Origin: Candidatus Latescibacterota bacterium
GTDB lineage: Bacteria > Latescibacterota > UBA2968 > GCA-2709665
DNA length: 64,000 nt
Assembly: GCA_965203805.1 (NCBI GenBank)
Contig: OZ241917.1
Coordinates: 1,376,001 to 1,440,000, forward strand
Direction: 5' to 3'
Shown here piece after piece: positions 18,898-27,569 of this stretch. Each line of letters opens with the position of its first letter. The first letter of the stretch is position 1. The notes beneath the pieces were generated by a model that searched no databases, was not told the DNA's origin, and worked only from the letters and a program-made list of their open reading frames with translations. Position numbers and translations under genes: made by a program.

Positions 18898-20181
18898 CTA
18901 TAGAAGCTGCTGATGCTGAAGCACGACCTTCCTGAACGCCGCCGCGAACTGATCGATGAACCCGTCCGCGGCCTGGATATGCCCCGGATAGGACAGCACC
19001 CGCCCGCGGATCGCTTCGGAAACCGGGAAATCTCCCTCGCGATAACGGGGCAGGGGCACATTTGCCGGCCCATCGTGACCCGCTCCCCAGAGACCGGGCA
19101 GATCCCTTGTATAGATGGACCTGAGATGTTCCATGTGCCCCACGCCGGGGCCGTTCAGCGGCGCGCCCTCGGCCCGCATGGCCTCCACGAAACGGGACGC
19201 GGGCAACCCGCCCAGCGGTTCCGGTTCGTAGATGAACTTGATCCCGCCGTAGAGCTCCACGCCCCGGGCTTTCCTGTAGTTGCAGACCGGCCGGATCCCC
19301 GGGAGCCCCTCGATTCTTCGGAACAGGGCCTCCCGGTTGGCTTCAAACCGGTCCAGGCGTTCGGGAAGGTGCTCGAGGGAGACCAGGCCGATTGCCATAG
19401 CCAGCGGATGCGGCCGCCATTTCCATCCGAGGAGCTGCGGATCCAATTCGCGGTAGACCGGGTTCGTGAGTTCCTGCACCGCGCCCGGCCGGTGGAGGTG
19501 GCAGTAGATCAACGCGCGCTCGTACAGCTCGCGGTCGTTCGTCGCCACGATGCCGGCCTCGCCGCCCGCGACCGGCTTGCCTCCGGGCGTGGCGCCCTGC
19601 ATGCTGAAGCACGCGATATGCCCCAGGTTTCCGATCTTCACGCCGCCCCACTCGCTGCCGTGCGCGTGAGCCGCATCCTCCACGACCACCAGGTCATGGG
19701 CGTCCGCCAGGTCCAGCAGCCGGTCCATATCGCACACCCGACCGCAGGAATGGATCGGTGAAATCACACGGGTCCTGTCCGTGATGCGCCCCGCGACGTC
19801 GTCCGGATCCATCAGCAGCGTCTCCGGATCGATCTCGCAGAATACGGGCGTGGCGCCCATATGCAGCGCACCCGCGTAGCTGCCGATGTAACCGACGGAT
19901 GGTGTGATGAATTCATCGCCGGCGCCCAGCCCCGCGGCGAAGAATCCGCTGGCCAGCGCTGTATGCCCGTGGCTGGTCGACAGCACGTACCTGCAACCGA
20001 CGTATTCCGCGAAGCGTTCTTCGAATTCTCTTGGAACCCCCGATCCCGATCCGGAGAGATATCCTTCGTCGATCAGGGCGCACACCGCGGCTTTCTCTGC
20101 TTCAACAGGACGACGCCATTGCTCTCCACTTTCGGCCGTAATGGCCTTGTCTCCACCAAGAATTGCCAGTTCCCCGGCCAT
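18898..20181 (-). CDS. DegT/DnrJ/EryC1/StrS family PLP aminotransferase
   Basis: ELAILGG, GATPVFCEID, VVEDAAHAHG, CFSMQGATPGGKPVAGGEAG. Confidence 0.88.
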   Translation of the reverse strand: MAGELAILGGDKAITAESGEQWRRPVEAEKAAVCALIDEGYLSGSGSGVPREFEERFAEYVGCRYVLSTSHGHTALASGFFAAGLGAGDEFITPSVGYIGSYAGALHMGATPVFCEIDPETLLMDPDDVAGRITDRTRVISPIHSCGRVCDMDRLLDLADAHDLVVVEDAAHAHGSEWGGVKIGNLGHIACFSMQGATPGGKPVAGGEAGIVATNDRELYERALIYCHLHRPGAVQELTNPVYRELDPQLLGWKWRPHPLAMAIGLVSLEHLPERLDRFEANREALFRRIEGLPGIRPVCNYRKARGVELYGGIKFIYEPEPLGGLPASRFVEAMRAEGAPLNGPGVGHMEHLRSIYTRDLPGLWGAGHDGPANVPLPRYREGDFPVSEAIRGRVLSYPGHIQAADGFIDQFAAAFRKVVLQHQQLL

Positions 20182-20210
20182 CCGAAATCTCCTCTGTCTC
20201 AGATTACGAA

Positions 20211-20239
20211 CCCCGCGCCGAAGCTCGCTTCGGGCGGGG
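20211..20239. repeat. GC-rich intergenic hairpin (REP-like or RNA-stabilising stem)
   Basis: CCCCGC-G-CCGAAG-CTCG-CTTCGG-GCGGGG; no U-tract. Confidence 0.45.
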
Positions 20240-20294
20240 CCTGGTGTCCTGTCTCAACACTCACGCTCGGACGAAAGTTCCGTACGGCGACACC

Positions 20295-21143
20295 TCACGG
20301 CACGACGGCCGCCTCACCAAAGTTATCCCGGATCCAGTGTTTGAGGGGCACATCCGCATCGGTCGGCGACGTATACCCCATCCCCCCCGTGGCCGCGCCC
20401 AGCAACTGGCGCTGGATGGGGTCGCACCGGTCCATATAATGGTCGACCGTCATATTGTCCCTCGGCCGCAACCAGCGGTAACTGTAGCCGTAGAACAGCA
20501 CTTTCCGCGTCACGTCCGAATGATTCCTCCCGGCCGCGTGCCAGAGGCGGCGATCGAAAAATACCGCCGTGCCCGCCGGCACCCGTACCGGCGTGGCGTC
20601 GGGCGGATCCGACGCACCGTCTTCAGGAAAGCTCAGGCGATTCCTCAAATGACTTCCCGGCACAATGTGGAAATTGCCCCGATTCGGTTCCGTCGTATCG
20701 GTCAGGAAATAGCCGACCTTGAGGGAGACCCGCGGTCTGGGCGCGGCATCCAGTTCGATGTTCAGGCGCCCGCTGTCCTGGTGCCAGCCCAGGCGCCATT
20801 CTCGCGTCCGTTCCTCTGCCGGCTCGGGCGGGGTGACAATCAGGTGTGAGTGGTACAGCTGAATATTCCAACCCAGGATACCCCATACCTTCGGAAACGT
20901 AACGGGCCAATCCAGTAATGCCATAAACTCATCGTCGGCGCCGACGAAATCCGTCATATTCATACGTGCGTGAGGACCCAGGCCGTTCTCGGCAAGATAG
21001 TTCTCGTACAACCCGTCGACAACCCGGCCCAACGCGGAGACCCGCTCCTGAGGAATTGCATCTTCAATGATCAGAAAGCCGTCTCGTTCGAACTTCGACT
21101 TCTCCTCGCGGGTCAATCCATTCTCAAGACATGCGGCATCCAT
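20295..21143 (-). CDS. PhyH family 2OG-Fe(II) dioxygenase
   Basis: FERDGFL, GWHQD, IVPGSH, AGTAVFFDRRLWHAAGRNHSDVTRK; GGAGG upstream of ATG 21143. Confidence 0.9.
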   Translation of the reverse strand: MDAACLENGLTREEKSKFERDGFLIIEDAIPQERVSALGRVVDGLYENYLAENGLGPHARMNMTDFVGADDEFMALLDWPVTFPKVWGILGWNIQLYHSHLIVTPPEPAEERTREWRLGWHQDSGRLNIELDAAPRPRVSLKVGYFLTDTTEPNRGNFHIVPGSHLRNRLSFPEDGASDPPDATPVRVPAGTAVFFDRRLWHAAGRNHSDVTRKVLFYGYSYRWLRPRDNMTVDHYMDRCDPIQRQLLGAATGGMGYTSPTDADVPLKHWIRDNFGEAAVVP

Positions 21144-21214
21144 CGGTCTCCCTCCTGGAAGATTCGGATCACTTCTTTGCCGGCTGATCACCTCAATCCG
21201 GGGGCCCGCAGCCG

Positions 21215-22480
21215 TCAGAGCGTGGAACCCAACCCCACGGTTTCAGGGCTGTCAAGTCGATGCAGACCGTTCACGGGCTCGAAAATACCCGCCATGCGCG
21301 GCAGCCATTCGATGTTGGCGTCCGGCGTAAATTGAGGGGAGTTGATTTCCACACCGTTGACCATGGGCACGTGTGCCGCGAACAGCGCGGCGTGGATTGC
21401 CGCGAACCCGGGATTCGTCAGGTCCTGCAGCGCAAGTCGCATGCCGTTCTCGCGCGCCCACGCGGCAGCCACCAACGCGAAACTGTGGCCCTTGCAGGTC
21501 TTCAGGGCCAGTCCGCTCCACCCCTGACGTTTCGCTTCCTCGAGCAAACTCAAGCTCGTGAGACCCTCATCCAGAAACACCGGCTTCAGCCGTGTCACCG
21601 CCCGCCAGTCCTGGGGATGCAGCAGGATATCCCGGCCCGTGGGCTGTTCCAGGTACTTCAACGCACGGAAGGCCCCGGTATCCGCGGCCCCGAGGCGTTC
21701 CAGATAGTCCAGCACGCTCTGCGCGTCCGGATTGGCTTCGTTGCTGTCGACGGTCAGCGCCGGTTCGGTAACGCCATGCCCGCGCGCGGCCCGGTACACC
21801 TCAACGGTCCTGGCCGCGTCCGCGGCATTATCCCTCCCCGGTATTTTCAGCTTGAAACAGCGGTAGCCGCGTTTGCTGATGACCCGCTTCAGATCCGTCC
21901 CCAGGTCGTCGGAACTCCCCACGACCCACCACGCGGGCAACCGGGACCGGGGTGTCTGACACAGACGTTGAATCGCCGCGCACGCGCCGCCGCCGGAAAA
22001 GTAACCGTCGACGTCCGGAAACGGCGTGGCGCCGGCGTAGAAACCGAACGCGGACACGCCGGCCGCAATGCCGACAGCATCGTGGATGGCGGCGTCGAAG
22101 GGACTGGCGCACATCGCGCGCGCGAGGATCGGAGGCGACGGTTCGCTCGCGACAGCCTCGTGGAGCCGCATCCCGAGAACCAGCGGATGCGCGGGCTCGC
22201 CGCCGCAGCGCGCAAACAGTCCCCCGGCGAGACGTCTGCAGAAACCGCGCAGCGCTTCGTCCCGAAATTCGTGCGTCAACCCAGGGTGCGGCCAGGCCCA
22301 GACGTCGCTGAGATAGATGGCTCCCCTGCCCCGGGCTTCGCGCCCGGCCACGCGAACGGTGACGACGGCACGGGCTTCCGTGAGTTCCGTAATTGTACCG
22401 GAACTCAGATGGAGCGGGGTATTCAGCTTCCGGGGAATGAACGCGACGTCCGCGTCCACGACCTCAGTGTTAAAGTCCAT
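21215..22480 (-). CDS. enolase superfamily protein (mandelate racemase/muconate lactonizing-like)
   Basis: FKLK (KxK), VDSNE, YLEQP, FLDEG metal ligands, ALKTCKG, QDLTNP. Confidence 0.8.
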   Translation of the reverse strand: MDFNTEVVDADVAFIPRKLNTPLHLSSGTITELTEARAVVTVRVAGREARGRGAIYLSDVWAWPHPGLTHEFRDEALRGFCRRLAGGLFARCGGEPAHPLVLGMRLHEAVASEPSPPILARAMCASPFDAAIHDAVGIAAGVSAFGFYAGATPFPDVDGYFSGGGACAAIQRLCQTPRSRLPAWWVVGSSDDLGTDLKRVISKRGYRCFKLKIPGRDNAADAARTVEVYRAARGHGVTEPALTVDSNEANPDAQSVLDYLERLGAADTGAFRALKYLEQPTGRDILLHPQDWRAVTRLKPVFLDEGLTSLSLLEEAKRQGWSGLALKTCKGHSFALVAAAWARENGMRLALQDLTNPGFAAIHAALFAAHVPMVNGVEINSPQFTPDANIEWLPRMAGIFEPVNGLHRLDSPETVGLGSTL

Positions 22481-22510
22481 ACCAAGCGGGGGTGGCCCCG
22501 GTAACGTCCC

Positions 22511-23503
22511 TCATTCAAATTCCGACACAAGCACCGCCTCATCCCGCTCCGCGCTCTGCTTGGCCGCTTCGATGACGGCCATCGTATGCCGGACGGACCG
22601 GCCGCTGGCATCGGGGGTACCGCCCTCCAGACAGCAGTCGGCGAACTCGCGTATCTGATTCCCCATTCCACTGCTCGCGTCGTCGATCACCACTTCCTCG
22701 CCATTGAGCGACAGGCGCCCGTGGGTGAACATCATCGATCCCAGGCTGCCCATGATAAACTGGTCATGCTGCCCGGAGTGACAGACGACCGACTGCGACA
22801 GCACGCTCACCGCGCCATTGGCGTGGTTCATCACCGCGGTATAGGAATCCTTCTGTCCACGGTAGCGGTCCGTACTCTCGGATCCCTGAGCGAAGACCCT
22901 GACCACCGGCGAATCCATGTACCAGTGCAGAATGTCGTACTCATGCGGCCCGAAGCAATAAAGCACGCAGATGCCGCCGGCCTCCAGATCCAGGTACCAA
23001 TGGGTGTCCTGTCCCGGAGCGGGCGCGGGATTGAAGTTGCCCAACCGGCGTCGGAGCAGGTGACCCACCTGACCGATCACGCCGTCGGCGATGAGCTGCT
23101 TGACTTTGAGGCTGACCGGATAGTAACGCATCACCTGGCCGACCATCAGGACGCGGTCCGCATTTTCACACGCCGCGATCATCCGGTCGCACTCGTCGAG
23201 CGTGAGCGCCATGGGCTTCTCCACGAGGACGTGTTTGCCGGCTTCCGCGGCTGCCACGACCTGCGCACCGTGCTGGTTATGCGGCGTGCACACGTGGACA
23301 GCCTCGACCTCAGGGTCGTCCAGCATGGCGTCCAGGTCGGTATAGGCCCTCGCGCCGAATTCGGCCGCGGCCGCCTCCGCCGGTTCCGCGTAAATGTCCA
23401 TCACGGCCGCCGTTCTGATGTTTTCGGTCTCCGCGATGGCGCGCATATGCGACCGCGCGATACCTCCCGCGCCGACCATGCCTACGGATAACACGTCGCC
23501 CAT
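22511..23503 (-). CDS. Gfo/Idh/MocA family oxidoreductase
   Basis: VGMVGAGGIA Rossmann motif, CTPHNQH, AGKHVLVEKPMA. Confidence 0.92.
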   Translation of the reverse strand: MGDVLSVGMVGAGGIARSHMRAIAETENIRTAAVMDIYAEPAEAAAAEFGARAYTDLDAMLDDPEVEAVHVCTPHNQHGAQVVAAAEAGKHVLVEKPMALTLDECDRMIAACENADRVLMVGQVMRYYPVSLKVKQLIADGVIGQVGHLLRRRLGNFNPAPAPGQDTHWYLDLEAGGICVLYCFGPHEYDILHWYMDSPVVRVFAQGSESTDRYRGQKDSYTAVMNHANGAVSVLSQSVVCHSGQHDQFIMGSLGSMMFTHGRLSLNGEEVVIDDASSGMGNQIREFADCCLEGGTPDASGRSVRHTMAVIEAAKQSAERDEAVLVSEFE

Positions 23504-23559
23504 TACGTATCTCCCCAATCGCTTGATCAGGATTCATTCGGTTTATGATTCAATCTCGA

Positions 23560-24417
23560 TCAAAGTACCATCTTCTTTTCCGCCGGCTCCAGGTTGTCGT
23601 AATTCCAGAGCTGCCTGCCCGCAACGACCTTTTTCAGGTTGCCCGCGCCGCCGGGCGCTTCGAGGCCGTACAGCCCCAGTTTGCGGTCGAGCCAGGCGAC
23701 CTCGAGGTCCGTCAGCTCCGCGCGCACGGCGTCCACGCCCAGCGAGGCGATCCGCCCGCCCACGTAGATCGTACCGTCGTACATGGAATCTCCGAGATTC
23801 TCGTCGGCGTCCCCAAGCACGATCATCCGACCGCGCTGCATCATGAATCCGGAGAGCATGCCGGTCCGGCCGGCCACCAGGATCGTCCCGCCCTTCATAT
23901 TTATGCCCGTCCTGCCTCCGACGTCCCCCCTGCATACCAGGTCGCCGCCCCGCAGCGCCGCGCCGAAAGACGAACCCGCGTTCTTCTCCACAACCACGGT
24001 GCCCGCCATCATATTTTCCGCGCACGACCAGCCCACGCGTCCCCGGATCCTCACGTTCGGACCGTCAATAAGCCCCACGGCGAAGTATCCGAGCGACCCA
24101 TCGAAATCCAGTTTCAGCCGATTCAGAATCCCCGAACCGAGCGAGTGCTTGGCGTTGGGGTTCCGCACCACGACGTGGCCGAAGCCCGCTTCCATCAGTT
24201 GCCGGATCTTCCGGTTCACTTCGCGGATCGACATCGGCGCCGCGTCGAACTCGGCACAACTGTCGAAGTCCACGCTAAGCGATCCGGGGTACACCAGCTC
24301 CGCACCCTCTTCAGCACGGAAGAACACCCGGTTCGTCCGATTTGCAAGCGGCTCGTCGTGCAGCCCCATCGCGTGGGACCGGTGTGTCCTATCGCCGCCC
24401 GCGTCTAATTTTGCCAT
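23560..24417 (-). CDS. GXGXG (GltB/FmdC/FwdC C-terminal) domain protein, MgsB/GlxC-like, copy 2, with an N-terminal extension
   Basis: NPNAKHSLG, GSLGYF, GRVGWSCAENMMAG, GINMKGG, GFMMQRG, GDSMYDG, AGRQLWNYD. Confidence 0.85.
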   Translation of the reverse strand: MAKLDAGGDRTHRSHAMGLHDEPLANRTNRVFFRAEEGAELVYPGSLSVDFDSCAEFDAAPMSIREVNRKIRQLMEAGFGHVVVRNPNAKHSLGSGILNRLKLDFDGSLGYFAVGLIDGPNVRIRGRVGWSCAENMMAGTVVVEKNAGSSFGAALRGGDLVCRGDVGGRTGINMKGGTILVAGRTGMLSGFMMQRGRMIVLGDADENLGDSMYDGTIYVGGRIASLGVDAVRAELTDLEVAWLDRKLGLYGLEAPGGAGNLKKVVAGRQLWNYDNLEPAEKKMVL

Positions 24418-25340
24418 ACCCGCACTTCTCCGGCGTAGGGGTCCACGGTCTCGATTTCCTGGGGCAGGACGGTCCGGATCGCGACTTCCTCGGAGGCAAG
24501 CAGGGTTTCCCCCTCGCCTTCGTAGAGCACCATCGGCTTGGCCGCCATGGTGTCTTTGGCCATGCCCAGGCTGTCGGTTGTGGCGACCAGATAGGTAAAC
24601 ACCCCGTCCAGTTCCTGTACGGACCGCACCATCGCATCCTCCAGCGAAACCGAGCGATCGAGGCTGTCCGCGATATACACCGCGATCAGTTCCGAATCGC
24701 AGTCCGACACGAAGCGGTGCCCGCGGCGCTCGAGGTCGCGGCGCATGGACCAGTAATTGGTCAACTGTCCGTTATGTACGACCGAGATATCGCCGAACGG
24801 ATACGCCCAGTAAGGATGCGCGGAACGGATGTCCACGTCGGACTCGGTGGCCATGCGGACGTGCCCGATGGCGTGGGTGCCCACGAACGAACCCATCCCG
24901 TACTGCCCGCACACCTCGTTGGCGTCGCCCAGGTCCTTGACGAGTTCCAGCGCGCTGCCGATCGACAGGATTTCCACGCCCTCAACGTCTTCGATGAAAT
25001 CCGCGAAACGGCGCAGGTCCCCATCGAATCTGACGCGGTACAGGAACGCGTATTCCGTCGGCTGGTCTGCCGACAGGATTTCGCCCCCGAGCGAACCGAT
25101 CCGATCATCCACCTCCGCCCTGCGACGCGCGATCTGATCCTGGATTTCGAACCCGGACCCCAGGTCTTCCTTCTCGGCCGCCTTGAAACGCATCGCCAGC
25201 ACCCCCGCGGCCGGCTCGCCGTACACCGCAAACCCCGTGGAGTCCGGACCCCGGTGCTTCATCGCCTGAAGCATCCTGGTCATCTCGTTCCCGATGCGGC
25301 CTGTCTTGTTCCGGTGGATAATTCCCGCGATCCCGCACAT
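24405..25340 (-). CDS. class II glutamine amidotransferase, MgsA/GlxB-like, copy 2
   Basis: MCGIAG (Cys2 nucleophile), HRGPDSTG, IGHVRMATES, VVHNGQLTNY, DSELI, ASEEVAI. Confidence 0.88.
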   Translation of the reverse strand: MCGIAGIIHRNKTGRIGNEMTRMLQAMKHRGPDSTGFAVYGEPAAGVLAMRFKAAEKEDLGSGFEIQDQIARRRAEVDDRIGSLGGEILSADQPTEYAFLYRVRFDGDLRRFADFIEDVEGVEILSIGSALELVKDLGDANEVCGQYGMGSFVGTHAIGHVRMATESDVDIRSAHPYWAYPFGDISVVHNGQLTNYWSMRRDLERRGHRFVSDCDSELIAVYIADSLDRSVSLEDAMVRSVQELDGVFTYLVATTDSLGMAKDTMAAKPMVLYEGEGETLLASEEVAIRTVLPQEIETVDPYAGEVRVWQN

Positions 25341-25361
25341 ACGCGCCTCGTTTCTGCCGAA

Positions 25362-26843
25362 CTATGGCAGGCAATCCCAGTAGGTCTCCAGGTCCCAGTC
25401 GCTCACCGTTGCCAGAAACCGCTCCCACTCGTCGCGCTTGTAGTGCATGTACACGTCGTACATCTCGCCCGGAAGCGAAGACCGGATCACCTCGTCCCGC
25501 GCCAGTTCGTCCAGCGCATCGCCGAGCGTGGTGGGCAGCTTTGTGACCTCTTTGCCTTCTTCGATCGCCTCGTAGATATTGCGGTGCTCCGGTTCGCCGG
25601 GATCGATGTCCCGCCGGATCCCGTCGTCGAACGCTTTCAGCAGCGCGCCCGCCATCAGGTAGGGGTTCACCATCGCGTCCACGGCCCGGTATTCGAACCG
25701 CCCGGGGCCGGACACCCGGAGCCCGCACGTGCGGTTCTGATACCCCCAGTCGGAATAGACAGGCGCCCAGAATCCCGTCTCCCACAGTCGCCGGTAGGAG
25801 TTCACCGTGGAACACCCGATGGCCGTCAGCGCCGGCAGGTGTTCGATCACGCCGCCGATGCACCGCAGGCCGGTGGGCGCCGGCTCCCGTCTGCCGGGGA
25901 GGGGCATGAACAGATTCTCCCCGCCCTCCCGGTGTGTGAAGACGTCATCCATTCCGGGCAGTGATTCGTTTCCGAGCGGCTTCAGTACGCCCTCTCCGCC
26001 GCGCCACAGAGAAAGATTGTGGTGGCAACCCGACGCCGAGACGCCCATGAAGGGCTTGCACATGAAACACGCGATCAGGTCGTGCTCCCGGGCGACCTGC
26101 GCGCAGATCTGCCGGTACGTCGTGAGCCGGTCGCAGGTGGCCAGCGCGTCGTCGAACGTGAAATTCAACTCCAGCTGTCCCGGCGCGTCTTCGTGGTCTC
26201 CCTGAATCATGTCCAGCCCCATCGCCCGGCCGTATTCGATCACTTTCATGACCACCGGACGGAGGGACTCGAACTGATCGATGTGGTAGCAGTAGGGTTT
26301 GCTGAAACCGTCCGCGGGTTTGCCGTCGGGACCCTTTTGCAGCCACATCATCTCCGGTTCGGCGCCGTGGCGCATGCGCATTCCGTCGTGGTCCTGCGCG
26401 AATTGCGCGTGGATGCGCCGGAGGTTGCCCCTGCAGTCCGCGGTAAGATAACCGCCGGGATTTTCCAACTCGTCCCGGTTCCGGAAGAGCGTGCAGAAGA
26501 CCCGCGCCAACCGCTTGTCCCACGGCAACTGCACGAAGGTCTCCGGATCCGGAATTCCCACGAGTTCCGACGCCTCGGGACCGTACCCGATATAATTGTC
26601 GTACCGGTCCATGAACAGGTTGGCCGTTGCGCCGTAGACGAGCTGGAATCCGCGTTCGGCGGTCCGCTCCCAGTGGTCTGCCGGGATACCCTTGCCCACC
26701 ACCCGGCCCGTCACTGAAATAAACTGGTAGTAGATGTAGGTGATGCCAAGCGCGTCGATCTTTTCGCGCACCTCGCGCACCCGCTCGGCCCTCCCCTCTT
26801 TATGGACATAAGCGTCCAGTTCCGTTGCGGCCTGATTCGTCAT
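25362..26843 (-). CDS. glutamine-synthetase-like gamma-glutamyl-amine ligase (GmaS-like role)
   Basis: GAEPEMM, DHEDAPGQLELNF, FMCKPF...SGCHHNLS, VNSYRRL, WGYQNRT, RFEYR...NPYL; flap reads GFWAP rather than GYEAP. Confidence 0.85.
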   Translation of the reverse strand: MTNQAATELDAYVHKEGRAERVREVREKIDALGITYIYYQFISVTGRVVGKGIPADHWERTAERGFQLVYGATANLFMDRYDNYIGYGPEASELVGIPDPETFVQLPWDKRLARVFCTLFRNRDELENPGGYLTADCRGNLRRIHAQFAQDHDGMRMRHGAEPEMMWLQKGPDGKPADGFSKPYCYHIDQFESLRPVVMKVIEYGRAMGLDMIQGDHEDAPGQLELNFTFDDALATCDRLTTYRQICAQVAREHDLIACFMCKPFMGVSASGCHHNLSLWRGGEGVLKPLGNESLPGMDDVFTHREGGENLFMPLPGRREPAPTGLRCIGGVIEHLPALTAIGCSTVNSYRRLWETGFWAPVYSDWGYQNRTCGLRVSGPGRFEYRAVDAMVNPYLMAGALLKAFDDGIRRDIDPGEPEHRNIYEAIEEGKEVTKLPTTLGDALDELARDEVIRSSLPGEMYDVYMHYKRDEWERFLATVSDWDLETYWDCLP

Positions 26844-26888
26844 AGACAACCCTTCCTATCTGAAATGGCGTTTCCTGTCCGCGGACGC

Positions 26889-27569
26889 CTACCGGGACTC
26901 CAGTGCCAAGACGGCGCTCCGGCCGACCGGGGCGATCCGGAGATCCGCCCCGGCCTCCAGGAGGATATCCCACAGATACGCCGCCAGAGACCGCGCCCCG
27001 AGGACCGAAAAGGCGGGCAAATCCGCAGCATCGCGACGAATGACCAGTTGGGTCGTCCTGGCGACGCTGGTCTGCTTCGCGGCGCCGTCCGGTAACGCGC
27101 CGTTCGCGAAGTCCAGACCGCACACCCGGCTCATCAGTGTTGAAGCGGACGTCCCCAGTACCCGGATTTCGGACCAGGCATGGGTCAGATTCGTCACCGT
27201 AACGAACCTGGCGGACGCCTGCTGCGTCAGTCCTCTGCGAACCGCGATGTCCCGACCGGGGGACGTGCTTACGAAGAAACAGTCGTCACGAAGCCGGTAT
27301 ACGCGTTCGGAATCCGCCGGCACCCGGCTTCCGATTGCCACCGGCTGCGATCCCCAGACCGATCCCGCTTCCTCTCCCTCGACCATGATCTTGCCGTTGG
27401 CCGTCTCATCCGCCAGCGCCACGCCCCGCCTGGCCGCGGACGTTTCCGCTTCCGGCGTGGAGTACACCTCCGGAATCCGCCAACCGAATGATTCCGCGAA
27501 TTGCGCCCCGAGGTCCCGCGCCGTTTCGTGAAGCGGCGACAATTTCACCGGCGCCGACGATCGGTTCAC
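26889..27569 (-). CDS. soxG: sarcosine oxidase gamma / N-methylglutamate dehydrogenase D-like subunit (GcvT-like)
   Basis: LSPLHE, RVCGLDF, QTSVART, RSLAAYLWDILLEAG; GTG start overlaps the upstream TGA (GTGA). Confidence 0.75.
   Translation of the reverse strand: MNRSSAPVKLSPLHETARDLGAQFAESFGWRIPEVYSTPEAETSAARRGVALADETANGKIMVEGEEAGSVWGSQPVAIGSRVPADSERVYRLRDDCFFVSTSPGRDIAVRRGLTQQASARFVTVTNLTHAWSEIRVLGTSASTLMSRVCGLDFANGALPDGAAKQTSVARTTQLVIRRDAADLPAFSVLGARSLAAYLWDILLEAGADLRIAPVGRSAVLALESR

Noticed and set aside
10285-23503. aminoglycoside-like or other secondary-metabolite biosynthetic cluster
   Set aside because: DegT and oxidoreductase genes are present, but no cyclitol synthase, NDP-sugar enzymes, scaffold synthase or exporter.
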